The notes under the pieces were generated by a model that saw nothing but the letters and a program-made list of their open reading frames with translations, ran no database searches and had not been told where the DNA came from. This document shows, one piece after another, positions 36,880 through 49,252 of a stretch of 64,000 bases of DNA. The DNA is from Okamejei kenojei. Its lineage: Eukaryota. Each line of letters begins with the position of its first letter. Position 1 is the stretch's first letter. A program made the translations under genes and the position numbers. The DNA is taken from assembly GCA_035221665.1 (NCBI GenBank), contig CM069134.1:89714001-89778000 (forward strand). The letters run 5' to 3'.

Positions 36880-38068
36880 GGGAGGGTGGGAGAAACAGGC
36901 TTTAGTCTCTCCCTTCGGGGGGGTGCACCTTTTCTTGTCGTGTTCTCCATCACCGTCTCCGTCTGTGCTGAGGCCTAATGGCGGAGCTGGTGGCCTCAGA
37001 GCTATGGTGGCCTTCCAGCTTCCAGCAGCGGCTGCAGCCCGGCTTCTGAGCTGCAGTGCTCCAGCGGCGCGGCTGCAGCGGCGTTCCAGCGGCGACCCGG
37101 CTTCAGAGCTGTGGTGCTGCAGCGGCGTTCCAGCGGCGACCTGGCTTCAGAGCTGTGGTGCTCCAGCGGCAACCCGGCTTCAGAGCTGCGGTGCTTCAGC
37201 GGCGACCCGGCTTCAGAGCTGCGGTGCTTCAGCGGCGACCCGGCTTCAGAGCTGTGGTGCTCCAGCAGCATTCCAGCGGCGATCCGGCTTCAAAGCTGTG
37301 GTGCTCCAGCGGCGACCCGGCTTCAGAGCTGCAGTGCTTCAGTGGTGCTCCAGCGGCAACCCGGCTTCAGAGCTGCGGTGCTTCAGCAGCGACCCGGCTT
37401 CAGAGCTGCGGTGCTTCAGCGGCGACCCAGCTTCAGAGCTGTGGTGCTCCAGCGGCATTCCAGCGGCGATCCGGCTTCAGAGCTGTGGTGCTCCAGCCGC
37501 GACCTGGCTTCAGAGCTGCAGTGCTTCAGTGGCGTTCCAGCGGCAACCCGGCTTCAGAGCTGGCGGAGCTGGTGGCCTCAGAGATATGGCGGCCTCCCAG
37601 CTTCCAGCAGCGGCGGCGGCCCGGCTTCAGAGCTGCGGTGCTCCAGCGGCGATCCGGCTTCAGAGCTGTGGTGCTTCAGCGGCGTTCCAGCGGTGACCCG
37701 GCTTCAGAGCTGCGGTGCTCCAGCGTTCCAGCGGTGGACCCTGCTTCAGAGCTGTGGTGGTGTTCCGGCAACGGCGGTGGCGGCAGCCCGATTTCAGAGG
37801 CTCGCCCACGGGCCTAGTGGACGATAACATCGGAGACCTGGATCGCCGCAGCGCAGAGGGAGAACAAGGAGGGAAGAAGACAAAGACGTTAAGACTTTTG
37901 CCTTCCACCACAGTGAGGAGGTGCCTGGTGAACTAATTGTGGTGGATGTTAAATATGTGTTTATTGTGTGTTTTGTTTTTTATTATATGTTATGACTGTA
38001 AGGTAACAAAATTTCGTTCAGACCGAAAGGTCTGAATGACAATAAAGGATACTTTACTTTACTTTACT
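36880..38068 (+). mobile_element. GC-rich non-autonomous retro-element (copy B) containing a minisatellite; (TTTAC)n tail
   Basis: 36900-36990 resembles the reverse complement of 45820-45935. The 3' part is homologous to copy C and ends tgacaataaaggatactttactttacttt. Confidence 0.7.
37030..37760 (+). repeat. 33-bp GC-rich minisatellite (cagcggcgacccggcttcagagctgcggtgctt) with interspersed 12-bp units
   Basis: Directly visible tandem array; it produces 11-aa periodic ORFs in all three + frames. Confidence 0.92.
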
Positions 38069-38114
38069 AATTGGGCAAACACTTTGCAAATAACTAACAC
38101 ATTTGCTGAATACC

Positions 38115-38472
38115 ACATCCCGGGGACTCACCGTGGAGTAGATGTGCGTTCAGTGTTATTCGCAGCTCAGAGAGCCGTGACCCTCTTGCTTCCTCCGTCT
38201 GGCAGAGACTGAGTGAGCCACGACACTACCGGGTTTTATAGTCCCTCCCCACTGCCGCCAGCGGGGGCAGCAGAGAGAATGGCGAATTTAAAATAACCAT
38301 TAATATCTCTCTGATTTTTCATCGATGGGAAAAGTCCTCCGGTCCAGTCCGGAGGAGGGGGGCTCTGAGTGAGGTGGCCAATAATGACGGCCGTAAGTGG
38401 CGGCGTTCTCTCGGAAATCACATTGCAGTGAGTGAAAAGCGGTCAAGATCTTACTTTTAGTAATATAAGAGA
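38115..38472 (-). mobile_element. Helitron-like 5' fragment
   Basis: Ends caagatcttacttttagtaatataagaga|t on the + strand, resembling the 5' termini at 19665-19690 and 49225-49252. Confidence 0.5.
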
Positions 38473-41400
38473 TGGCAATGAATGCACTGTCAAGTACGGT
38501 GCGTAGAAGACGTCAATTGGTACCAAAGTTATGCATTCTTGTACTCTTACATGGGTATGACCGCACATAAAAAACATTTTTTTCAGCAAAATTGCACCGC
38601 ATAAAAAATACTGATTTTCTCAGCAAAATATTGATTTTCAGGTGCTAGAATACTGAAATGCTCTGACAAAACTTGGCAGCTCTGGTCTATACACTTCAGA
38701 ATTCATTATGCTACTACTATCAGCAGTTGTATTATCAATGAAGATGTGAGCCAGTACCTTCAGCAGCCATACATGCCCAGGCCATAACACCCCCACCACC
38801 GTGTCTCACAGATGACGTGGTATGTTTTGACTTGGGCAGTTCCTTCTCTCCTCCATAGTTTGCTCTTGCCATCACTCTGATATAAGTTAATCTTCGTCTC
38901 ATCTGTCCACAAGACCTTTTTCCAGAAATGTGGTTGCTCTTTTAAGTACTTCTTGGCAAACTGTAACGTGGCCATCGTATTTTTGCGGCCTACCAGTGGT
39001 TTGCATCTTGCAGTGTAGCCTCTGTTCATAAAGTCTTCTGTGAACTGTGGTCATTGACAAATCCACACCTGACTCCTGAAGAATGTTTCTGATCTGTCGG
39101 ACGTGTTTGGGGATTTTTCTTTATTATAGAAAGAATTCTTCTGTTATCAGCTGTGGAGGTCTTCCTTGGCCAGCCAGTCCCTTTGTGATTAGTCAGCTCA
39201 CCAGTGCTCTTTCTTCTTAATGATGTTCCAAACTGTTGATTTTGGTAAGCCTAAGGTTTGGCTGATATCCCTAACAGTTTTATTCTTGTTTCTCAGTCTC
39301 ATAATGGTTTATTTGACTTTCATTGGCACAATTTTGGTCCTCATGTTGATAAACAGCAATCAAAGTTTCCAGTGATGGAAATACTCTAGGAAAGATTACG
39401 TGCTGAGAGCTCTCTCATACCTGTATTAAGGAGGCAATTAAACACACCAGAGCAATTACAGATGGCTTCTGAGCAATTACAAACGCCTGTGAAGCCATGT
39501 GTCCCACACATTATGGTGCCCTGAAATGGGGCATTATGTATAAATACAACTGTAATTTCTGATTGGTGAAACCAAAATATATAAAAATGGCCTTTAATAA
39601 AATCTGACAATGTGTACTTTAACCACATGTGATTTTTTCTATTACAGATCTCAAATTGTGGAGTGCAGGGGCTAATATATTAAAGATGGGTCTTTGTCCC
39701 AAACATTATGGACGGCACTGTATATTCCTTCCTCAGTCTTCACAATTTGCACCTCTTATATTCTTATCTCACAACTTATACATTTTCAGTTCTGGCCTTT
39801 GTCCAACCATTCACTACCAACCCCAGCTGTATCCACCTATCACTCGGCAGGTTTTGACCTGCCCCTCCTTTCTTCCATCTTTCTCCTCCCTGCACCACAA
39901 TCTGGCTGAAGAAGGCTCTCAAACTAAAACATCACCAAACCATGTTCTCCAGAGATACTGCCTGACTCGCTAAGTTAATCGAATACTGTCTTTTTTAAGG
40001 AAAAGTAGTAGTTAATATAAAAGATATTTCAGTTCTAATATTTTGCTTTTCCATTAGGAAGGAAGTTTGTATTGTTTGTAGTATGATATAAACTATCCTT
40101 AATATTCTTTTATGGTATCTTGGATTCTTTTTACTGTTATTTAGCTGTTGGAGACTGCTGTTGTTCACCCACAGCTTGTATAATGGCCTCGATAATCTCA
40201 ATTGTAGCTCATAACAGGTGGGAATGAAGTGAAGGATGATGATATAGGACACTGCTTGTGTGTTCGTTGTAAATTAATTATTTCTGGATCCACTGGTGAT
40301 AGGTGACAAAGGACAGAGTTTGTGGAATGGCAAAAAAAATCACAAACAGCTCAAGATGTTATTGGATAAGTTACTACAGGAGTAGATATATCAGAAATAG
40401 AACTTTTTAGCAGTTATCCCTTTGATCGGTCAAGCAATATCTTTTCCTTTGCTTGATACTTTACCTTAGAATTTGTATGCGATCCAATCTCCCTCATGTT
40501 GTTGATTTTTGTATTTGATTCTATATGTTCTGATTAATTGTGCAGTCTCTGCTTTGCAAAATGCCACTCTTGCGTTCATTTAAATTGCTTTTTTATTGAA
40601 TGGGTATGATGGTTTGGAATCGGAGTCGTGCTCATTGGAATCAATTGATTTTTTTGTCAATCACATTTATACTGAGTTTTTGTCCCAGTTGGCTTTTCCT
40701 CCTGTGCTACATAATATTCTGGACATAGAAAATGTATTTTTAATGTTTGTTTTAAGTAACCAATCGTTGTTGCAATAAAGATTAAAACTCTGACAATTCT
40801 AGCTATGATAAACCAAAGGGAATAAAATGTCCAAATTTGTCATTGAGGTGCCAGTAGTCAAGCAATTGTGATTTCTAGTCAGTGAAGTGCCCAATAACGC
40901 AATGTTATTGTTCCTATTGTTTAGCCCTTAGAGGGTGGGGGTGGGGTTGGACACCCAGCTTGTTTACTGAAACACAAAAGTAGAGCTTAATTTCATTGTT
41001 AACAACTTTTTACTATTGAATTAAAGATTGTTAACTTTTGTGAATTAAATCCTTTAATTATTTCAAGTCATTTGAATTATTTTTAAAACATAGTGCTTCC
41101 TATGAAAACCTTCTTTGTTGAACCTTCCATCTCTGTTGTGGACAGAGGTATTGGTGAGAAGATCTAACTAACAGTTTTCTCAAAAGCAATTTATGAAGTC
41201 AATAGCTTTATAGCTCATTTATTGTCTTTATATTCCAAACAAATTTATCCCAATATTAGTTTGTAGTGATGACATGAGCAGAAATCATTCACCATAGGTA
41301 ACTAATCTGTATAATTACTTCCAGAAAATTAAATCATCTTTACAGGAAGCAAGATTTTTTATAGAAATGTTTTGTTTTTGATTATTTTCCAATGTAAATT

Positions 41401-42174
41401 CTATACAATTAGTGCTTGTTTTGATTCACTCCTATTATTGATGTGCTTAAAAGCTTCCATTTTTAAACCTTCCTTTATCTCCCCATATTCTTTGACATGC
41501 AAAGGAGGGAATTTCTCGCCCAGCCAACTCATCTTTATTTCCCAAGTTCCTGCATGTTAAGGTATTTAAGTACAGGGTAAAATTGAAGTGTGCAGAGGTG
41601 GAAAACAGTGTATATCTACAAAGTAAGGATATCTTGGTTCAAGTAACCTCAACATACTTGGTTCTGTAACAACACTTTTGTTTGCGGTTCTTTACAAATT
41701 TAAACTTTCAGCTTTTAAAATGGGAAAACGTCACTTGGCTTCTAAATCTTAGACGTTTGCAGATTAGAAATAGGTCATTTGCTTGATCATATCCATGTTA
41801 TCCAGAAGTTGACGATACAGGTTCATCCAAATTCCCAGCTCTTGGTCCATGACCAGTAGATAATTATTCAAGTGCTCAACCAAACTTTTTAAGTTTGACA
41901 AGATCTTCTGCTTTTCCTGCCTGTTCACAGACCCCGTGACAGTTTTATTCCCTTATCTACCACCTAATTTGGTCATCAATTTACTTAAATCTATGCCTCC
42001 CCCCATTGCAATTTATGTAAATATTTGCCTATCTGCTGTTAATTTTAAACATTTGATTATATTCTAATAAGATGTGTGTGTATACAATGGTGACAAAGAC
42101 ACTTCACTTATACATATTACACTAATACTTCCTGGAACATTTTCCGTGCTTTGACTGTGGAATGCCAGGAGTTG

Positions 42175-42411
42175 AGGGCCTGTCCCACTTGGACGTCAAT
42201 TGCGCGTCATTTACGCGACATCCTAAAAATTGGTTGGCACGTCATGGCGTGCGCATGGCGTGTGGTGAGGCGTGGTGGCGTATGCACTGACGCACGGTAG
42301 TGCGCGGCATCCCAGGATTTTGGGATGCTCAAAATCCTTGCGCGCTCCACCTGCATGACGTGCAAATGATGCCCAGTGACGTGCAAATGACGCCCAGGTG
42401 GGACAGGCCAT
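42175..42411. mobile_element. Small Harbinger-type MITE (~237 bp)
   Basis: TIRs ggcctgtcccac / gtgggacaggcc, CpG-rich interior, central palindrome gcatccca…tgggatgc, internal 21-bp tandem duplication. Confidence 0.75.
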
Positions 42412-42929
42412 TTAGCGTGCATGGTGGCGGTTGATAACTCACATTCATTGACTGGTCACTTTGCGGAAAAACTCCATCTCCACGCTTTTATTTCGGGAAG
42501 AAAATGGGTTATCAAAAGAAATATTCAGTAGTTTTGTTGGCATACTTGTTCTGAAATATATATTTTTCATATTACCAAAAAGTTTGTTTTCAGAAACGGC
42601 AGGTGAAATATTTTGCAGATATACACCGTTGAAATATTATTTAGATCAAAGGGTAATGGTCTTTTGCTAATGGAGTACTAATTAATTGTTCTGAATTAAT
42701 CTGCAACAAATGTGTTCTACCTATCCACTGCATTTTTGAAATTGAATTCTCTAAGAAAGTGGAATTCAAGAAAAAGAAAATTAAAGATTAGGAATGCAGA
42801 TAGGAACAGTATAATCTTCACAGATTGATTCAATGCACAAAGCACATTTTCTAATGAATCATCATTCATGGGATTTTGCTGTTAGACTTGTATGAAAGGT
42901 GCCTTAAGGCATTGCAGTCATTTAGACTG

Positions 42930-43840
42930 ACCGTTTTATTTTCAGGCCCCTAGTTCCGTCCTCCGTTATCCAACCTCCACCTACCCTCCTCTGCTTCCTC
43001 CCCTCCGCTTTCCCCATCTCTCTCTTCCCCCTCCCCTCCATTACCTTGCCATCCCTCTTCCTCCCCCTGCTCTTCACCCTCCCTCTTCTTTCCTCTCTCC
43101 TCCTCCCCTCCCCCACTCCCTCCCTCAGTCAATCCCTCCCTCCCTCCATCACCCCTCGCCCCTCCCTACCCCCCTCCTCTCCCTCTATTGCCTGCTCACC
43201 AACTACTCTCCTTCCCCCTATCTCACCCCACTCTCCCTCCTCACCTCCCCCACTGCCCTCCTCTCCCTCTATCCCCCATGCCATATCTCCCCACTCCCCC
43301 CTCCTCTCCCTCTATTTGCCCCTTCCCCTACTCTCCCTCCTCACCTCCCCACTTTCCCCCTCCATCTCCCTCCCTACCCCATCCACTCCTTCTATCCCCC
43401 TGCTCCATTCCCACCTTCCCCTTATCCCACCTACAATGAACGATGTTTTAAAAAAAAATGAAACCTCCCCCCATCCCCTTTGTCCCACCCTACAATGAAA
43501 AATTGCGATGTATTTTTTAAATCAAAATTTCTCATTTGATTAAAATTCCTCCCCTAATCAGCCCTTTATACCCCCACTAAATCCCTGAAAATGGACCGCG
43601 ATGTTTTAAAAAAAAAAGAATAATGGCCCCCCCTGTACTGTCCCCACAATTAAAAGAAAACTGTGCGCAGTTTATGTTTTTCTAGTTAAATGAAAGTTCC
43701 CCTCCCCAAGTCCTCGCATTCTCCACCCCCAATACAATGATTTTAAAAATGCATGGCTTTTTTTTTTTTAAAAACTTCATTATGGATACCTATTTCACCC
43801 ATTGGATTCAGAGTAACGGTTGACCGCTGGGACCCAAGTT
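42930..43840 (-). mobile_element. Helitron-like body with long CT-rich tract
   Basis: cctacaatgaa…atgttttaaaaaaaaatgaaacctccccc and the preceding CT tract resemble 18880-19290. Confidence 0.5.
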
Positions 43841-44470
43841 AGACAGAGAGTACACACAGATACACACAGACAGCAGCTGGCCACCACTTCAGAGGAATGA
43901 GGCAGCGGGTGACTTTTACACACAGATTAGAGCGAGAGATACACACAGACAGCAGCTGGCCACCTTCAGAGGAATGAAGCATGATGAAGCAGTTACCACA
44001 CACACACCAACACACACACAGACAGCAGCTGGCCAACCACTTCAAAGGAATGAAGCAGCTCGGGTGACTTTGAGCGCCACCGGACGCCGACAGCAGAACA
44101 CACACACAGATACACACAGAGAGTCTCTGTGTGTGTGTGTTGTGTGTGTGTGTACTCGCTCAGTCACCCGAGCTGCTTAATTCCTCTGAGTGGTGCCATT
44201 ATCTGTGTGTACTATCATCTGTGAGTGGCCGCTCAAAGTCACCCGAGCTCTTGATTCCTCTGGAGCTGCTGTCTGTGTGTATCTCTCTCTCTATGTTTGT
44301 GTGTGTTTGTCTATCTCACATTTGTGTCTGTGTGTGTTCTGTGTCGGGTACATCTCCTCTCTGGTCTATCTGTGGTGTGTGGTGTACTGCCGGGTGGATT
44401 AATTCCTGAAAGTGAGTGGTGTGTGAGTCGTGTGTACCTGGCGGCCGCTCAATGTCAGTCACCCGGGCTG
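43840..44470. repeat. Imperfect fold-back repeat: (CA)-rich arm, then (TG)-rich arm, centred near 44121
   Basis: acacacagaga-g-tctctgtgtgt at the centre; agctcgggtgactttgagcg on the left versus cgctcaaagtcacccgagct on the right. Confidence 0.7.
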
Positions 44471-45206
44471 CTTCCTTTTTTTAAAATTATTAAAATAGAG
44501 ATCCATTGCAAAAAAAGTATTTTAACAACCATAAAAACAACAAGAAATGCTTGGTTACTGGAGGATGCGCATTTTTCCCATCCGCGCTGAAATACCAAAA
44601 CACAACAGATGTATTTTTCATTTTTGTCATTCATGTTGGCTCAAGAGTAACGGAGAGGAACTTGCTAACTCGGGAGAGGAATAGGAACATCGCAGCACCC
44701 GGTATACACACTTGATCATAAGCAGTCTCGTGACAGCCACGAGGTCACTCGGGGTACCTCGTGGGTCGAACTGGCTTTTAATTTGAGTGTTCATTTTGTT
44801 TGACTAGGAAATAAATTAGTAATTAAACTGGCCAGACTTGGGTAGTTTCCCCTTTACACTGAATGGCGCCCTAGTAAAGTCTGTATTAAGGGGTAGCCGT
44901 TGATACTGACAAATCAATGCTGTCGCATTCCTCTTTCAGGAAAATCAATGTCACTCCGAGGGGATCATTAACCTGTTAAAGTGAGGAATACTATTTATAT
45001 ACTGATGAAAAAGGCAGTGATTAAATTATCCAATGGGTGAATTTATTTAAAAAAAAGTCATGATTTTTCAATGAGTGGGGTGGGAAGGAGTTTCATTTTT
45101 AAAATATTGTGGGGGGGGAATTTCTTTTTTTTAAAACAAAATGAGGGGAAAATGGAATCACTCAAATGGGGGATAGGGAGAGGAGGGCAAGTATGGTAAT
45201 ATAATT

Positions 45207-46062
45207 ACTTGGAACTTGGAACTTGGAACTTGGAACTTGGAAAACTTTATTGTCATTCAGACCTTGCGGTCTGAACGAAATTCTGTTGCCTGCAGTTATA
45301 CATATAGTAGATAACAGAAACACACAATAAACACATATTTAACATCCACCACAGTGAGTTCACCAGACACCTCCTCACTGTGGTGGAAGGCAAAAATCTT
45401 GTCTTTGTCTCTTCCCTTCTTCCTCTTCCTCTTCGCTGAGGTGACCCGGGCCTCCAATGTTGTGACCGCACTGGGTGATGTAAATAAGTCCCGCAGGTGA
45501 ACCGCGCTACGCGAGCGGGCCGGTTCAACTCCGCGGCCCGGGTCGGTCGAAGCTGCCGAAGCTGCCGCCCTCCAGTCCAGTGGACGCAGCTGTTGCCGCG
45601 GGAGCTCTGGAAAAACAGGTCACCAACCTGTGACCTGCGAGCTCCCGACGATGTCGTCCACTGGACCCGCGGCCGGGCCTCCGAAGTCGCTGTCGCCACC
45701 GGAAAGCCGGCACAGCTCCGAGTCGGGCCGCCGCCATAGCCCCTAAGTCGGCCAGCCCCGCGCTGGTAAGTCCTGGCTGGCTCTACCCCCGGAGCCTCGG
45801 GTCGATCGCAGTTAAAGTTGGAGGCCGCCAGCTCCGCGATAGGCCTCAGCGCAGACGGAGACAGAGACGGGGGATACAACAAGAAAAGTTGCGTCCCCCC
45901 AAAAGGAAGAGACTAAGAACGTTTCTCCCAACCCTCCCACACACATACACTACATAATAACTCAAACTAACGCTAAAAACAAGACAAGAAAACAACAAAT
46001 AAAAAGAAAAACAGATAGACTGCAGGCGAGCCGCTGCTGCCAGGGCAACACCACCACTCCCA
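45207..46062 (-). mobile_element. GC-rich non-autonomous retro-element (copy C); (TTCCAAG)n tail
   Basis: (acttgga) repeated five times, then tttattgtcattcagaccttgcggtctgaacg. The internal gagctcccgacgatgtcgtccac motif is similar to gagctcccgatgtcaccgtccac in copy A (about 20086-20108). Confidence 0.72.
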
Positions 46063-48169
46063 TCAATAGACTCCAGTGGACTACATTCCTCTCTTCCATG
46101 GTCCAACACTCCTCATTTAAATAAATGCGGTCTTGGAATCCATACCATGTCTAACCTGGCACAGAACTGGTGTGCAGATTTGCCAGTGTGGTTGCCTGGC
46201 AAAGGCTGGTAGAATTGTGACATTGAGTGTGAAACCCCGATCTTGGTGATGTCCTAAAGTTTAACCAGCAGCAAGGCTGAGAAATGTTAGCATCTCCAGT
46301 TGGAACCCTGTGAAATTGTCATCCTTGTTGACACATGGTTTATGTTGTTGTCCTAATGAAGATTCATGCAAATATAGCACAATCTAGGCACAATGCTTAA
46401 AGTGAGACAATCAGGTGTACATTGACATCCATTTGAACCGATTATCATTCTTTTCCACTATGTAGTTTGTGATCCAATTTATTGTGTTCCCCTTTACTCT
46501 GGAATTTTTATCACAAGCTTTCAAATTTCTTGGTCAGCATCCCAATTGCTTTCTAAAAGTTGCATTGATCTCCTCTATCAATTCTATTAAGGTTTTAAAG
46601 AACTTCTGTAAACGTCTTGGCTGTAACCTGGTATTCATGGTTTTCGATTCGAGGAATTTCTGCCTTTGCTTTTTTCCAAAAAAATTGTTGAATAGTTTCC
46701 TTTACACTCTAATTTGATCCTTCCCGTCTGCAGCTGAAGCAAATAAAAGTTGAAATTTGAAGATCGAATAGCTCGTTCAAAAATTTTGAAACAATATCTG
46801 AATTTAAGGCATACAAAGAAGTCAACGACAGTTTGCTTCTGCTTATTTAAGTCATTTTGGACAAATTGGGTTCTATTCCTTTAAAAACATTAGAGCACTT
46901 CACATCTTAGAGTGTTTTACTAATTTATTTTCATAAACTTAAAGGAACTTGTAAATTATTCATCTACCAGAAATTCTATACCATGATTTTTCTGAAAGGC
47001 AAAAAAATAAAACACATGTCCTTTGTTTCCCATATCACTATTTCTTGTGAAAATTCTCCCAAAAGTTTGACACCAAATAGAGGAAAATTAACCATGCATG
47101 AGCATTGTATTTCTGTGCCTGATTCAGGTAAAAACAAGCATGCTTTTCCATAAATACATAAATTTAGACATGAATTAATTTAAAATATGTCTTCAATAGC
47201 ATTTATCATGCATTTCGAAGAGATTATTTGGGAAGATTACAGACGACCGTTAAAAATGTTTTTTTAATAAATTATTTTTATTTCAGGGCCTGTTGGTTAA
47301 AAATCATTTTTATCAAAGACTAACTCACTGTAAACTGGATTATTATTAGACTAATAAAATTGTGTAACTTGAATTTCTTAACCTTTTCTAACAAATGCAT
47401 AAAGACTGCAGCACCTGATTGCATGTACAATTTAAGGATAAGAGGTTAATAGTTACATATTTCTGAAAGTTAAAATAGTTTAATCAATGTAAGTTGTTCT
47501 CCAATTTAAAACTTTGGATTAAAAAATATGCCAGAATTTGAACGTTTGCAAATAATGTGCAAACTTGGCCATTTCAAGTGGGATGCTGCTGCATTCAGCA
47601 ACAGCTGAGAAAGACACTTTAAATTAGGAGAGGCATGCTTTTAATTTAGCGTTCGTGTATTTGAGTACAAACATCAAGGTTTGTATTTGGAGACTGGTTT
47701 ATTGCAGGAGATTTCAATGTATGGATAAGATTTAAACCTGGCAGACTCATTGATGGTTATGTTACAGCGCTAATCTGCCACTTTATTTTGCTGTGCATCA
47801 TTTATTTGCCTGTTACTTGGGCAAATAAATAATTTTGTCAGGCTTTATCAAAATCACCACAGTCTTCTTCCCATGTGCACAAAAATGAACTTTTTTCTGC
47901 TAAAGGTTCTAGTGGAGAACTAAAAACTATCCTTCAACCTGGGTGCTCAGAGTTCATTGTAAAGTTTTAATGCTAGAGAGTTAAGACCAAAGTCAGCTAA
48001 ATGGGTGCAAATTCCAGTGAGGCAATTCTAAATTTTATGGAAATAGACTTGGATTGGACTGCTACAAAAGATCAAACCACCCCTAGAGATGTCCTCAAAG
48101 ATATAATTATATTATTGTAGAGTTCGATTTGGGTAGAATGATCAATGCTTTCACGTTTGCAGATATCTC

Positions 48170-49252
48170 TGCTCAATGTTTACATATAATCCGATAGATT
48201 TACGCCGTGATGGCAAAAATTACCTTATCTGAAAATTTAATGCATTATTTCTCGAGTTAATTATGAAAATAACTTGGAAAATAAACGAGATGGTCTTGCT
48301 GATGATGTCACAATGGCTCTGCTCCTTGCGGCCTACTGCACTATGTTCCACGCACAGCGAGTGATGTCACCTCCCTCCTCTCCTCTCCCCCCCCGCCCTC
48401 CTACTCCCCCATTCACCCCTCTCCTCCACTCTCCTCCCCCTCTCCTCACTAATCCCCCCTATCCTCTCCTCTCCCCATTCTCTCCTTCTCCCCTCCCTTC
48501 ACCCACCCCCCCTTCCCCTCCACCCCTCCCTCCCCACCATCATCTTCCCCCTCTTCTGTACCCCTCTTTTACTCTCCCCCCTTAACCTTCCCCCCTCCCC
48601 CCTTCCCCCTTTCCCCTTCCCCCCTGTTTCCCCTTTCCCCCCTCCCCTTCCCCCCTCCCCTCCTCTTCCCCATCTTTCCACCCCCTCTTTCCCCCTCTTC
48701 CCCTCCCCCCCCTCCCCCCTTCCCCCACTCATCTCCCCCTCACCAGGCCCTCCTCTTTCCCCCTCCCCTCTTTACCCCCTACTCCCTCCATATGCCCCCC
48801 CCCCCCCCCCCACCTCTCCCTTCCCCTCAAGGCTCTCAATTAACTTTTTTCCATTGCCAGGCGGTGGAAAAATGTGAATCAGAATATGTAAACATCTTGT
48901 GAAAGTAGTATTTTTTTTTGTTTTAATTGCGAATAATGTGTCTAATATAGGATGAAATCTTCATTGAGGCTGGTCTCTGCTAGCCGTGCCTTTGTGACGT
49001 CATCATTTGAAGCTAGTCATTTTAATTTCAAAGTCTTTTCACTTTTTTAGACTTTAATCAGGAATAAGCCGAGAAATAAAGCATTAAATGTTCAGATAAG
49101 GTGCTCCCGGCCGCGATGGGAAAAATGTCAACCGGAATATGTAAAAATGTTATCGTTACCGCATTGTTTTTTTGTGAAGATGTAAAGACACATACACACA
49201 CACACACACACATATACACACTAACAAGATGAGAGTTTTAATAAGTATATGA
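48170..49252. mobile_element. Helitron-like rearranged element: 5'-type sequence in opposite orientations on either side of a CT tract
   Basis: 48175-48330 resembles 61395-61550 on the + strand; 48850-49252 resembles the reverse complement of 61298-61500. Confidence 0.5.

Larger units (their letters stand above)
35506..38684. mobile_element. hAT-like non-autonomous DNA transposon inside Tc1 copy 2
   Basis: TIRs caaagctgccaa / ttggcagctctg, subterminal tacgga/tccgta repeats, degenerate duplication gtccat / gtctat. Tc1 copy 1 is empty at this site (ggatgtgtctatatacttcag). Confidence 0.7.
34906..39720 (-). mobile_element. Tc1 DNA transposon copy 2, expanded to 4.8 kb by nested insertions
   Basis: TA|cagtgccttccataatgtttgggaca … tgtcccaaacattatggacggcactg|TA. 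Transposase pieces FWKKVLWTDETKINLY and ILQQDNDPKY; same family as 14192-16174. Confidence 0.93.
34600..39995 (+). mobile_element. Old Penelope-like fragment (34600-34905 and 39723-39995) split by Tc1 copy 2
   Basis: VADHF…ISVLGLHDCQNQPTPKLEEQHLIFQLGSLQ on the left; the 3' region and a degenerate ctgaagaagg terminal repeat on the right. Confidence 0.65.

Noticed and set aside
37030-37760. CRISPR-like array
   Set aside because: Units are directly tandem with no unique spacers, there are no cas genes, and the context is eukaryotic.
36701-37827. Three long overlapping ORFs (331, 253, 238 aa) as a repeat-protein gene
   Set aside because: By-product of a stop-free 33-bp minisatellite inside a nested TE; no domain or splice context.
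18844-48732. Pro/Ser/Leu- or Gly/Glu/Arg-rich ORFs (18844, 29010, 43046, 48274, 48499)
   Set aside because: Translations of CT/GA low-complexity tracts in Helitron-like elements.
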